A stretch of 64,000 nucleotides of DNA from Octopus vulgaris. Its lineage: Eukaryota. The notes beneath the pieces were generated by a model. It saw only the letters and a list, made by a program, of their open reading frames with translations. It was not told where the DNA came from and did not search any database. Positions 42,291 to 54,978 of the stretch are shown here, piece after piece. Numbering within the stretch: the stretch's first letter is position 1; every line of letters starts with the position of its first letter. The stretch lies in contig OX597827.1 of assembly GCA_951406725.2 (NCBI GenBank), positions 71,238,001 to 71,302,000 on the forward strand, in the 5' to 3' direction. Made by a program: the position numbers and the translations under genes.

Positions 42291-44860
42291 CTTTTCCTGA
42301 CTACCTCTACATCCCTCCCTCCCTCTTATCCCCATTCACCTCTCTCAGTCTTCAATTATGTTTCACCTTCATTTACATTTCTGTCTCTGCTTTTCTTGAC
42401 GATCTTCACCCCCGCCTCTCTACTTCTTCCTGCTTATCTCAACAACATAGACCTCAGCAAAGCCAACAACACCAAAGACAACATTACCTTTAAAAAATAC
42501 CAAATAAATGGCAGTTTAAGGAAATAAAAACAATGCTCCTTACATAGAAAACCACCAAACACTCAAATTATTGGGACCCAGAAGAGATTTGGCTTTCACT
42601 GAATCATGGCTCAAATCAAAAGGAAAAAGAACAAATTCATTCATTCACATGTTTGATTAAACTGCACATTGAGTTATTTAAAGAAAATATTCGAAGAGGA
42701 GGATAAATCACTCAAAGCCAAAAAGGAAACCATTGACACACTCCCAATTCAATGGAGAAGAGTCAGGGTGATTGGAGAGAGAGAGAAACAACAAAACAGA
42801 CATCGCCACTCAAGAAAATGGTAAGCTCAAAGAAAACAGCAGCAGCAAAGTAAAGGTCTATCAGAAAAAACAAAAGATGATGAAGACACAAGCAAGCTGA
42901 GGATGGCCATAGGTCCAACGTGAGTGCAAAAACAAAGGTTCTGAAAACAGAGAAAACCCCAAAAGTCTGTAAGTTATAGGCGAAGGGCACTTAAAGGCGT
43001 GGAGACATTGGAACAGGCTGTAGATTCGCTCATCTCGAGTCTCATGTGAGCAGTACTCATTTCGCTCACCCAAAGGCCAGGGAGAACTGTCCCTGAGGAG
43101 AAAGTTCCATCAGAAGCAAGATCAAGTCACAAAACAAGATGCCCTCAACTTGGAAATATGTTATTGTGCACATACTGCTCCAAAGAAGAAACACTGCGCA
43201 GACACTGTGCAGATAGCTGGATGAGTCCCGAGAATTTTCCGAACAAGAGACCAGGAAACTATGCTGGTTCTATGGAGGACATTTGTTCTTAACTGCATGG
43301 ACTACAGCTCTGAACTGTAGTCACCCCAGTGTCAAATTAATAGCAGAGCTTGAGGTAGTTCAGTAATGCTACACTATAAAAATTTCATCCTGGAAAATGA
43401 TAATTTATCTAAATGTAAAACATTCGGCGAGCATTGCCATCCTTCTCAGCCTTCAAAACCAAAAGTTTACAAAGCAAAAACGCAACTGAAATCACCAGCC
43501 ACTAATTCACAAACTTCTGCGCGGTCACTAAGAGCAGAAATTTCATCTAGTTTAGATGATAACACATTGTCACTGATGCCGACATCATCGCATTTGTTCC
43601 ACAATATTAGAGGTTGGAGGCGAAAGAAAAGCCAACCTCAACCGGAAAAAGAATATAGATTTCTTGAAAATGACGAGAAGTTTTTATTATACAATAGTGG
43701 TGAAGATAATCCGGAGAGAATTTTAGTGTTTGGCACACAAGCTTTTCCTGACTACCTCTACATCCCTCCCTCCCTCTTATCCCCATTCACCTCTCTCAGT
43801 CTTCAATTATGTTTCACCTTCATTTACATTTCTGTCTCTGCTTTTCTTGACGATCTTCACCCCCGCCTCTCTACTTCTTCCTGCTTATCTCAACAACATA
43901 GAGCCTCAGCAAAGCCAACAACACCAAAGACAACATTACCTTTAAAAAATACCAAATAAATGGCAGTTTAAGGAAATAAAAACAATGCTCCTTACATAGA
44001 AAACCACCAAACACTCAAATTATTGGGACCCAGAAGAGATTTGGTTTTCACTGAATCATGGCTCAAATCAAAAGGAAAAAGAACAAATTCATTCATTCAC
44101 ATGTTTGATTAAACTGCACATTGAGTTATTTAAAGAAAATATTCGAAGAGGAGGATAAATCACTCAAAGCCAAAAAGGAAACCATTGACACACTCCCAAT
44201 TCAATGGAGAAGAGTCAGGGTGATTGGAGAGAGAGAGAGAAACAACAAAACAGACATCGCCACTCAAGAAAATGGTAAGCTCAAAGAAAATAGCAGCAGC
44301 AAAGTAAAGGTCTATCAGAAAAAACAAAAGATGATGAAGACACAAGCAAGCTGAGGATGGCCATAGGTCCAACGTGAGTGCAAAAACAAAGGTTCTGAAA
44401 ACAGAGAAAACCCCAAAAGTCTGTAAGTTATAGGCGAAGGGCACTTAAAGGCGTGGAGACATTGGAACAGGCTGTAGATTCGCTCATCTCGAGTCTCATG
44501 TGAGCAGTACTCATTTCGCTCACCCAAAGGCCAGGGAGAACTGTCCCTGAGGAGAAAGTTCCATCAGAAGCAAGATCAAGTCACAAAACAAGATGCCCTC
44601 AACTTGGAAATATGTTATTGTGCACATACTGCTCCAAAGAGGAAACACTGCGCAGACAGCAGCTGCTGAACAGCAGTAGGCAGATGGCTGGATGAGTCCT
44701 GAGAATTTTCTGAACAAGAGACCAGGAAACTATGCTGGTTCTATGGAGGACATTTGTTCTTAACTGCATGAACTACAGCTCTGAACTGTAGTCACCCCAG
44801 TGTCAAATTAATAGCAGAGCTTGAGGTAGTTCAGTAATGCTACACTATAAAAATTTCATC
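41939..44860 (+). repeat. Tandem duplication of ~1.45 kb (41939-43389 / 43390-44860)
   Basis: Near-identical units with few substitutions and one ~17-nt indel. Confidence 0.9.
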
Positions 44861-45267
44861 AATAGAACTGCTGAGCCACTGGGAGAGATATACAGTGATA
44901 TATACGTGGAAGATCCTTGAGGGGTTGGCACTAAATTGGCGTTGAGAGCTACACCAGCTCCTGAACTGGATGTCACTGCACTGTTCCAAGGGCCCCAGCC
45001 ATCTCTTTTAGCATGAGGACCATGCACTGCAATAGCTTGGGATTCAAGGACCTAATCCAGGAATATAAACAAAAATTTTTGAAAATCCTCAAACAAACCG
45101 AGAAAGTTCTTTTGGAAAATGTACAATTCTGCCACTTCTAGTCTTTTTCACATCTGTAGGTAATTTCAAAATTGACTTTGTTTTTCCATCCATTAACATT
45201 GGATTTGTTTCTTTGAATATCACTTTGTTTCAAGTTATGTTGATATGTATTGCTCATATCTTCATTT

Positions 45268-45690
45268 TCATGACATGGATGTTGGTCGAAATAAGCTTTT
45301 TTTTACTCTGTCGACACTGACAATTTCTTTTTTACCATTCATCTCCAAAGTCATAGTTTTGCCTCTAACTGACAAGACTTTAAAAGGTCCAGTGTATTTA
45401 TTTTTCAGTGAATTATGAACAGCATCGTTACGTACAAATACATGTGTCCAAGAATTTACATCAGAAGGAACAAAACTTGTAACATTTTGCAATTTTCTTG
45501 TAAAAGAAGGAATATCCGTAAGAAATCTCCCAAGACGAGTTACATAATCATTAGCACCTCCATTAAAAGAATTGGTTTCTTTGAACATTTGACCAGGTAA
45601 AGTTAATGTTGTTCTATACAAAAGTTCAGCAGGAAAATATTGTATATTTTCTTTAACAGCAGTTCTAATTCCTAACAATACCACTGGCGC
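45268..45690 (-). mobile_element. Gypsy LTR-retrotransposon integrase C-terminal fragment
   Basis: VLLGIRTAVKE..PAELLY..TL.LPG; THVFVRNDA..SL..KYTGPFKVL..VSVDRVK. Confidence 0.85.
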
Positions 45691-45797
45691 GAAGTAAGCA
45701 TAGAGACAGACCGTGCTTAGATGCTAACCAATCAAAATAGTGGACACAACACAGTTAAACTAGCCAAAGATGTTTGTAATCTCAAATGAGATCATTC

Positions 45798-46027
45798 TTA
45801 ACCCTTTCGTTACCAACCTGGCCAAAACCGGCCTTGGCTCTGTAGTACAAATGTTTTGTTTTCATAAGTTTTGAATTAAAATCTTTCACCAAACCTTAGT
45901 CACAATTTATGTTCCTAACACTAGCTTAATGATAACTAAGTCATTTTACTAAATACTTTGTTATATTTAAGATTAATTGAAAGAAACACAGAACATCTCA
46001 AAATAGATAGAGTAATGAAAGGGTTAA
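45798..46027. mobile_element. piggyBac-type MITE, same family as 9641-10110, opposite orientation
   Basis: TTAACCCTTTCGTTACC ... GTAATGAAAGGGTTAA. Confidence 0.75.
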
Positions 46028-46059
46028 TATTTTTCTCAAACAGTGAAGATAGCAATGAA

Positions 46060-46310
46060 GAAAACAATATTGCTACAGACCCATGGCTATTTAATAACTT
46101 GCCAAAACATTTGAGAAATCTACATGGGTAGGGGGTAGATGTTTTCAAGAAATAACTTGATCTGCTGTAACACAAAGGAGTTCAAACTCAAAAGGAGGAA
46201 GAAATATTGAACTCCCTTCTTCATCAAAAGCCAATCACAAAAGAATGGCGGTAATACTGACAGTGGCCTAACAGGGCCACAGCCTTTGGGCTGAAACAGA
46301 TAAATGAAAT
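46060..46310 (+). mobile_element. CR1/L2-like LINE 3' end (related fragment at ~180-380)
   Basis: LFNNLPKHLRNLHG.GVDVFKK.LD; the 180-380 copy reads LFPKHLRDL..IGVEVCKKQL. Confidence 0.5.
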
Positions 46311-48439
46311 AAAAGAAAAACGGAAAATGCTTTGCAGGGAATGCTGTATATACAGAAAACCTGAAGATAAACATGTTGAATTAGAATATTCTTAAATGAA
46401 TAAGATTTTATATTATGCATGAGACTGGTGTTTTCATCTTGATTGTTGCTTTCGTTAAGTTTTGGTGGTGTATGCCTTTAGGTGTTTTGTGATTCACTTT
46501 AGTGCCTTTCTCTGCTTAATGCAGTGCAGTCACCTAAAGAGTTTAAGTTCAATCCCAGGTAAAGCACTAAGGTGAAATCACTAGACTCCTGGAAAATAAG
46601 CTGGCATGCACACAACCGAAACAGTGAAAAAACAACAATCAAGACAAGGACATCACTCCGATTGATACATAATATAAAAATTCCTCATCTCAGACATATA
46701 GAATTGAATAATATTTTCTCATATAGCTTCTTGCTTCTTTTTTTTTAACCTCATCATGCAATGCTGATATACAAAAAAAACATGATCACATTAAAAATAA
46801 TTGAAGTTATTTTAAATATTTTAATCATTGTTAACATGGCTTATGCCAGTTGAATATTCAATTAAGGAGTAAAACAAGAATTTCTGCTCAAATTTAATTT
46901 CCCCCTTCTTTAGGGTAGGTATTAAGGTAGTATATTTAAGGGCATTCATAAATAATCTTTACAACTTCCACAATTTATTGCGTCAATCAATTAACTTCTT
47001 AACCTGTTAAATAAATATTATTAGAGTTTTAATATTTAAATCACATTTGTTTGTCTTTAAACGGTGTTTATTATTATCTCTGACTTTTAATGAAAATGAA
47101 TTCTTCAAATTGTAAATATAAATTTATGAACACCCTGAAAAAAGCTCTTGAGCTTCACCTGACAAAAATCAGGGACCTAATCAATAAACTTTGAAAATAT
47201 CCAGGAATCCTCGTCCATGCAGATAAGATTGGCAACCTATGTAATGCACCGCTGGACACATACTGGGAATTGACACTGAGGTAACTGCACAAGGACTACC
47301 ATATTGTACTGAACTCTGCCTTGTCTTTAAACTTGACTCCGAAGATAGAACTGAACCTTTCATACCTCGACCAACCCATATCAACTTAACCCTTCAGCAT
47401 TTAAACCGGCCATATCCGGCCAAAAGTATTCTGCTTGTTTTATGTTCAAACTGGCCAGATCTGGTCTCTCACACCAACCCTACAATATTGTTTTAAAAAT
47501 TAACAGCAACCTCATCAAAATCCCAAGGCTACAAGATAATGCAGGATTAGTTCAAAACAATGTGAATGAAAAAAGCTTTAATTTTGGTAGAATAATGCGA
47601 ACACTAAAGGGTTAAAGGACCATAACGAAAATTTTGTTGCAAACCCTTCTGTTCACCTCATCTGCCTCTCAAGCTCTGATATGAGTAGGATTGTTGTTGT
47701 TGTGTGTTCCTTCTTGAGCCATGGCTGGCTCATAAGGGACGGTTTCCCGGTTTCATTGGCATACAGGTTCCCCACCTGGACAGAATGCCAGTCCATCGCA
47801 GGTGAGCTGCAAGATGCAGGAGGAAAGAGTGAGAGAAAGTTGTGGTGAAAGGGTCAGCAGAAGTTTGCCATTACCTTCTGCCAGAGCCGCATGGAGCTTA
47901 AGTGTTTCTCTGATAAACACACACATCACCCACTCTAAGACTTGAACCCGCAATCCCTCAACCACAAATCTGCTGCTCCAACCACTAAGATTAAGTCGAT
48001 TATATCGACCCCAGTGCGTAACTGGTACTTACTTAATCGACCCCGAAAGGATGAAAGGCAAAGTCGACCCCGGTGAAATTTGAACTCAGAACGTAGCGGC
48101 AGATGAAATACCGCTAAGCATTTCGCCTGGCGTGCTAACGTTTCTGCCAGCTCACCGCCTTAGAGGAAGTTATACCACTCAATGGAGAGGACAGCACAAA
48201 TTGTGTTGAGAATGCTGAAGAAGCTTCAAATGAACAGGACTTGCCCAAGGGCAGATCACTTGAGATAAAAACAAAGACCATTATCCTGCAGTTACCATAT
48301 TCAGGTCCATCTTACAGAACTTTTACCAGTTCAACCTGAATACCAAATAAAAGACCATGCTTTCCAATACAAGTACCAGACAGCTAAAGTTTAGGGCCAA
48401 TACATAATAGGTGCTTTGAATTTAGAAGCAAAATAAATT

Positions 48440-49170
48440 ATCCCATTTAGATTTAGAAGGGATACTGTTTACAAAGATCATAGTCACCAGTCTATAAAAA
48501 CACCTCAACAATCAACAACCAATAGATCAAGCAGGTTTCCTTAAGAAATATAGTATGATAGATCATATATTCACTGGTGGTGACCCCCTTCGGTCAGACA
48601 CTGACCATGGGTTTGCACCTCGAGAGTTACCCTCTGAGGCACAAGTCTGGTAGGCAAGGTTGTTTTTTTTATGGAAGACCAGCAGTCGCCCATGCATACC
48701 GGCCTCCCCTCTCCACGTCACCGATGTTGTCCAAGGGAAAGGCAAAGGGGCCGATACAGCTTGGCATCTGTGACGTCGCAACTCATTTCTACAGCTGAGT
48801 GAACTGGAGCAACATGAAATAAAGTGTCTTGCTCAAGAACACAACACGCAGTCCGGTCCGGGATTCGAGCTCACAACCTCACGATCGTAAGCTCGACGCT
48901 CTAACCACTGAGCCACGCGCCTTCACTATATATTCACTATAACAGGGCTTATAGAACGAATGAATGAATAAATACAAGCTTCTTCTGTGTATCATTCAGT
49001 TGACTATGAAAAGGCTCCTGATAGCATCAAGATGAATGCAGTGTTGAAATCTCTGGAAATTCAAGGTAAAGAGGCGCAATACAAACCACTCAAAGATGCG
49101 AATTCTGGATGCACAACAGATATCTCTCTGCTATCACCACCAGTAACGGTCTCAACCAAGAAGGGATATC
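48440..49170 (+). mobile_element. RTE-like RT fragment interrupted by a SINE (~48575-48927)
   Basis: QPIDQAGF..YSMIDHIFT | ...VDYEKAPDSI; atatattcact is duplicated on both sides of the insert. Confidence 0.65.
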
Positions 49171-49563
49171 CATGTAATAATAATGGTTTCAAATTTTGCC
49201 AGAAGGGCAACAGGTATTTTTTTTTATTTATCAACCCTGAAAGGATGAAAGGCAAAGCTGACCTCGGCAGAATTTGAACTTGGAAACATAAAGACAGATG
49301 AAATGCCAATAGGCATTTTCGCCAGGTATGCTAACGATTCTATTGATATCTGGTACGTAATGTCAATGCAAGGATAACAATGATGACAATGCTGCTTAAC
49401 CCCAAGTGCGACTGATGAAAGAGACATATCAAAGGCTCTCCAGCTGTGACCATCCCATTCATTCAAATAACTTTATTCAATGTGTTCTTTCCTATTTTTG
49501 TTTTTCCAAGACAGTAGAATGTGATTGCAGGGAAATGCAGCAGGTTGAGCAACCATAATCTCT

Positions 49564-49597
<34 letters not shown>

Positions 49598-49777
49598 GTT
49601 TAGAAAGTCAGAATTTAGAATTTAAAAAAATAGAAAATTTTAGCAGCATGGGTGAAGGTAAATATTAATGTATGAATATAGATACATATGAATGTATATA
49701 TTAATATCGGAATATATATATGTATATAAGAGAACATATCAATGTGTGTGTGTGTGTGCGCGCGCGCATAGAGAGGA

Positions 49778-49865
49778 TGGGCCAAAAGTCATGCACCAAA
49801 ACATTTTACATTATCATTATTCAGTACAATATATATACTGAATTTGGTGCGTGACTTTTGGCCCA
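49778..49865. mobile_element. Tc1-like mini inverted-repeat element
   Basis: TGGGCCAAAAGTCATGCACCAAA ... TTTGGTGCGTGACTTTTGGCCCA. Confidence 0.55.
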
Positions 49866-49880
49866 ACAATTAAGTTAATA

Positions 49881-51455
49881 CCGTAAATTCCGGGCTATAA
49901 GCCACTACCATTTCCCCACACTTTGAACACTGCAGCCAATACTATGGTGTGGCTAATGCATTTTTTTTCTTTGTCGTGCCGTGGAAAACATTTTGCCACG
50001 CAGCAGTAGACCAATCTAATTGATGAGTAGGTGTCACAGAGGTCCAATGAAATTGTGTGATAAATCAAGAGCACTTTCACCATTCAATTACCGGTATTTT
50101 AAAGCTGTCATTTGTGCTACCCCTTCATCAGCATGGAAAACAGGATGAAGAAAAGCATATGATGCAGCTTTTAAGCTGAAGGCGATCAATCTGGCGGTTG
50201 AAGAAGGAAATTGAGCTGCAGCACGTAAACTTGGCACAAATGAATCGATGGTGAGACAGTGAAGATGCCAGCAGGAAGAATTGAGTCAGTGCAAAAAGAT
50301 GACGAAAGCTTTCAGAGGTAACCATAGCAGATGGCCCGAATTTGAAAACTTTCTTGAAGACTGGGTTAACACATGGGAGAGCAAAGCAGCTGTGGTGTTT
50401 CCACCATGCAGATCAGACTGAAGGCTAAAACAATTGCCATCGAAATGAAAATCGAAGATTTTAGAGGTGGGCCATCATGGTGTTTTAGATTTATGAGAAG
50501 AAAAGGCCTGTCCGTCAGGGCACGCACGACTTTGTGTCAGCAGCTCCCTCCTGACTATGGGGAAAAACTTGTTAACTTCCGCACATTCACTCAAAGAAAG
50601 ATAGCAGAGAATTCCATCGGGTCAGAAAATATCATGAATATGGATGAAGTACCTTTGATATTTGACCTGCCTCTCACTTGGACTGTTAATAAAAACGGTG
50701 ACTCGTCTATCACACTGAAAGCAAGTGGCCATGAGAGAACGCATTTTACCTGTGTTCTGAGCTGCACAGCATCCGAACTAAAGCTTCCAACCGATGGTGA
50801 TTTTTAAGCGGCTGACAATGCCAAAGGAAAAATTCCCAAAAGAAATCATGGTGAAAGTCAATAAGAAAGGTTGGATGATGGAGAGCCTAATGAAGGATTG
50901 GCTCAGAGAGTGCTACGCCAAGCAACCTGGGGGATTTTTTCACACAAAAAAAAAGCATTGCTCATTATGGACAGCATGAGAGCTCATATAACAGATTCAG
51001 TGATAACTGCCAACAAGAGTACAAACTCAATTCCAGCTGTGATTCCTGGGGGGCACCACTAATTATTTGCAGCCACTGGACATCAGCATGAACCAGGCAT
51101 TTAAAGTGGCACTGTGCCATGAGTGGGAGGACTGAATGACGAGCGGCGAGAAATCCTTCACCAAAACAGGTTGCATGCAAAGAGCATCTTTCACACAAGC
51201 CTGCCAGTGGATCCTAAATGCATGGAGCCGTGTCAAAACATCCACTATCACCAACGGGTTTCGAGAAGCTGGACTGCTGCGTGATGAAGATGACCGGGTG
51301 CGCTCAAGTGAGAGCAACAACGAAGAGGCTGAAGTGAGTGATGAGATCCTGAGGCTGTTCAATTCGGACACTGTACAAGAGGACTTTGATGGTTTCAGTG
51401 CACAGGAAGAAGATGAAGAAGGCGATCAATGACTTTTGACCTGGTAGGCTGCAGT

Positions 51456-51497
<42 letters not shown>

Positions 51498-51836
51498 GTC
51501 ATCAAGAGGAATGTTGTTTGTGCACTGTTCAGTAAAAAAACATACGCAACGTAATTTGTGTGTTACTGATATGCACATATATTTCAAGGTAGCCGTGTTA
51601 CAGGCACTGTTCGAAAAAAAAAGCGTTTGCAATATGTGTTTGTTACATACGGATTAAATAAAAGTTTAAAAAATCCTCACGTGTAATATCTTTCTGTGTA
51701 AATATCTCATATTACAACGTTGGACACCTGCGGCTTAAAATCCGGTGTGGCATGTACAAGTACAAAATTGATTTTATTTCTAAAATTAGAGCATGCGGCT
51801 TTTAATCAGGTGCGCTCTGTTGTCCGGAAGTTACGG
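49881..51836 (+). mobile_element. pogo-superfamily (Passer/POGK-like) DNA transposon, full length
   Basis: TIRs CCGTAAATTCCGG / CCGGAAGTTACGG, each flanked by a TA target-site duplication; internal transposase relic. Confidence 0.9.
50133..51432 (+). pseudogene. pogo DD35D transposase pseudogene (Brinker-type DBD + CENP-B HTH + DDE_1)
   Basis: AYDAAFKLKAI, FRGGPSWCFRFMRRKGLSVRARTT, NMDEVP, GHERTHFTCVL, DSMRAH...QPLD (35 residues between the Ds), with several stops and frameshifts. Confidence 0.9.
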
Positions 51837-52806
51837 TACATGAATATATGCATAAGATAACATGCAAATGAATAGGGAGATGCCAGTCTGTATGTGTTTG
51901 CATGTATACGTGTGTGTGTATGTATATATATATGAAATTTACAATCACATCAAACTTACAGTGGCTGAATTAGTAAGCAAATGGTACCACAAGGTTCCAT
52001 TACATTTTTTAATGCCTTATTCAGATGAAAAAGAGCAAAATTCATGATCCTTTACAGAATCTCCAAAACGTGTGGGAAAAACAACATCCTCGGACAGGAG
52101 ACCTAGCTTGAATATTTGCAACAGGGAGGTGGACTCTGCAAAAGGCACCCCCCAAGGGTCAGTTGGAGTAGATTAAGTCTACTACCCAAAGACAAGAGCT
52201 ACAATCCCACCAATGGAATTCTCCACAGTTCCTGCCGACCAAATTTCACTCACAAAGCTTTGGTTGATCTGAAATTATTGTAGAAGTCACTTGTCCAAGG
52301 TACCATGCAGTAGGATTAAGCCCCGAAACCGTGTATTTGTGAAGTGTCTGAGCACAGAAGTTTGATTTCTATTCAGTAACCATGCCACCGGCACAGGTAT
52401 CGCAACTACAATTTCCATTTGATCTTTTATTTTGATGTTGATGTACTTTCACTCAATAGGTCTGTGCTTGAGGAGACCTACTGAGTCAAGTACATCGACA
52501 TCAAAATAAAAATCAACTGGAAATTGTAGTTGTGATACCTGTGCTGGTGGCACGTAAAAAGCACCATCTGAACTTAGCCGATACCAGCGCTGCCTTGGCT
52601 GGCGTCCATGCCAGTGGCACGTAAAAAGCACCCACTACACTCACAGAGTGGTTGGCGTTAGGAAGGGCATCCAGCTGTAGAAACACTGTCAGATCAGACT
52701 GGACCTGGTGGAGCCTTCTGGCTTCCCAGACCCCAGTCGAACCGTCCAACCCATGTTGCATGGAAAGCGGACGTTAAACGATGATGATGATGATAAACAT
52801 CACTTC

Positions 52807-53180
52807 TGTGAACAGTAATGTCAGAGACAGTGAACGGTAATGTCAGAGACTGTAACCGATAATGTCAGAGACTGTGAACAGTATTGTCAGAGACTGAACG
52901 GTAATGTCAGAGACACTGAACGGTAATGTCAGAGACTGTGAACAGTAATGTCAGAGACTGTGAACAGTAATGTGAGAGACACTGAACGGTAATGTCAGAG
53001 ACTGTGAACAGTAATGTTAGAGATAGTGAATGGTAATGTTAGAGATAGTGAACAGTAATGTCACAGACTGTGAACAGTAATGTCAGAGACTGTGAACGGT
53101 AATGTCAGAGACTGTGAACGGTAATGTTAGAGATAGTGAATGGTAATGTCAGAGATAGTGAACAGTAATGTCAGAGACTG
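52807..53180. repeat. 22-bp minisatellite, ~17 copies
   Basis: Unit tgtgaacagtaatgtcagagac. Confidence 0.95.
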
Positions 53181-53688
53181 ATAGAGGAGCCCATTTAACA
53201 GCTTTGTTAACATTGGAATGTTATCAGAAGGGCAAACAAATGGAATATGTCCTTTCCTTTGCTTTTTACCTCCTCATTCCTCATTAGAGACAAAGCTAAG
53301 ACAACAGTGGAGGTCATGTGAGTTGTTACGTCAGCAGCAAATGCATAAAACAACCAATGAAACAATGAGCAATAATACATATATATATATACATATATAT
53401 ATACAGATTAAATTAAACATTTTTAAAAAAACTAAAGAAATATACAAAGTGAAATAGTAAAGTATAGAAAAATATAAAACAAAAAAAATATAGAAAGATA
53501 AATAAAATATTACCATTCACTATCTCTAACATTACCGTTCACAGTCTCTGACATTACAAAGAATTAAATAAATAGGTACAAATGTAAAAAAAATACATAA
53601 AGGGTGGGGGTGGTGGGTAAAACTAATAAATAGACACAAAATATAACAAGAAACTAAACAAAACACAAACAAAAAGTTCGGTCGAACC

Positions 53689-53859
53689 CTAGATCTCTGG
53701 CAGGCTGAATATACTGCAGTCTGAGAGTGAACCGGAATCACTGCAGACGGTGCTGTCAGAGTCGGATAATACAATCTCTTCACAAATTGCCATCTCCTCT
53801 GCTGCCGTTTCAATGGATTCCTGGGGCCGGTCTATGCGGGTCCATGCAAATAGATTTTT
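53689..53859 (-). CDS. SLF2: SLF2/FAM178-family terminal coding exon
   Basis: Acceptor (CT)n-ttctattctAG, 171 nt to TAG: KNLFAWTRIDRPQESIETAAEEMAICEEIVLSDSDSTVCSDSGSLSDCSIFSLPEI*. Confidence 0.8.
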   Translation of the reverse strand, partial: KNLFAWTRIDRPQESIETAAEEMAICEEIVLSDSDSTVCSDSGSLSDCSIFSLPEI

Positions 53860-54213
53860 CTAGAATAGAAAGAGAGAGAGAGAAAAATAATGATGAATAG
53901 CAGAGAAACTGTAATCGGTGTTGGTGGTGTGGGATAGTTGTAGTGGCGGTGAAGCAAATGGTAGCAATAGTAATTGTAGCGTTAGTGGTAGTAGTAGTAG
54001 TAATAATAGTGGTGGTCATGGTTGTAATGAAAGCAATAGAAATGACCTCTTGCACTCTGAGATGGTTAACTGGGAGAGGTGTGGGGATGTGGGAGAGGTG
54101 TGGGGGTGTGGGAGAGGTGGGGTGTGTGGGAGAGGCGGGGATGTGGGAGAGGTGGGGGATGTGGGAGGTGTGTGTGTGTGTGTGGGGGGGGTTGAACAGT
54201 TACTGATGTTTAC

Positions 54214-54282
54214 CTGAGTTAATCCAATTGTTTCCAAGAATATCTTCCATCGGTTGCTGAGAATCACCAGCTTGTTTTTCAC
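54214..54282 (-). CDS. SLF2: SLF2/FAM178-family exon
   Basis: Acceptor tgatgttccAG, donor CAG|GTAAAC, 69 nt, phase 0->0: VKNKLVILSNRWKIFLETIGLTQ (compare recalled [23 protein letters not shown]). Confidence 0.85.
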
Positions 54283-54945
54283 CTGGAACATCAAGAGGAA
54301 AATCATCATCATCACCATCACCATCGTTTAACGTCCACTTTCCTATGCTTGCACAGGGTCAGACAAAGCTTGTCGAGTCAAGTTTTCCCTACATTTTTCA
54401 AATGCCCTTCCTGTTACCAACCCTCACCTGTTTCGAAGCAAAATAATATTTCTCCATAGCTAGACAATGTTTTCACAAAAAACTGGGAATGAACAACCTT
54501 GCACAATAAGGATGATGACCTTCACCATCATTGACAACCGTCACATGATTGTCTAGACGACACTCGCACACACGTGCAAGACATCAAAACTCTTTGTGCC
54601 TTTAGCATTCAGTGGCACCCGGCAGATGCCAGGACCCCTGGACTGGTGGTACGTAAAAAGCACTATCCGACTTGTGGCCGATGCCAGCGCCGCCTCGACT
54701 GGCTTCCGTGCTGGTGGCACGTAAAATGCACCAATCCGACCATGGCCATTGCCAGCCTCGCCTGGCACCTGTGCAGGTGGCACGTAAAAAGCACCCACTA
54801 CACTCTTGGAGTGGTTGGCGTTAGGAAGGGCATCCAGCTGTAGAAACATTGCCAGATAAGACTGGAGCCTGGTGCAGCCTTCTGGCTTCCCAGATCCCCG
54901 GTCGAACCGTCCAACCCAGGCTAGCATGGAGAACGGATGTTAAAC

Positions 54946-54978
<33 letters not shown>

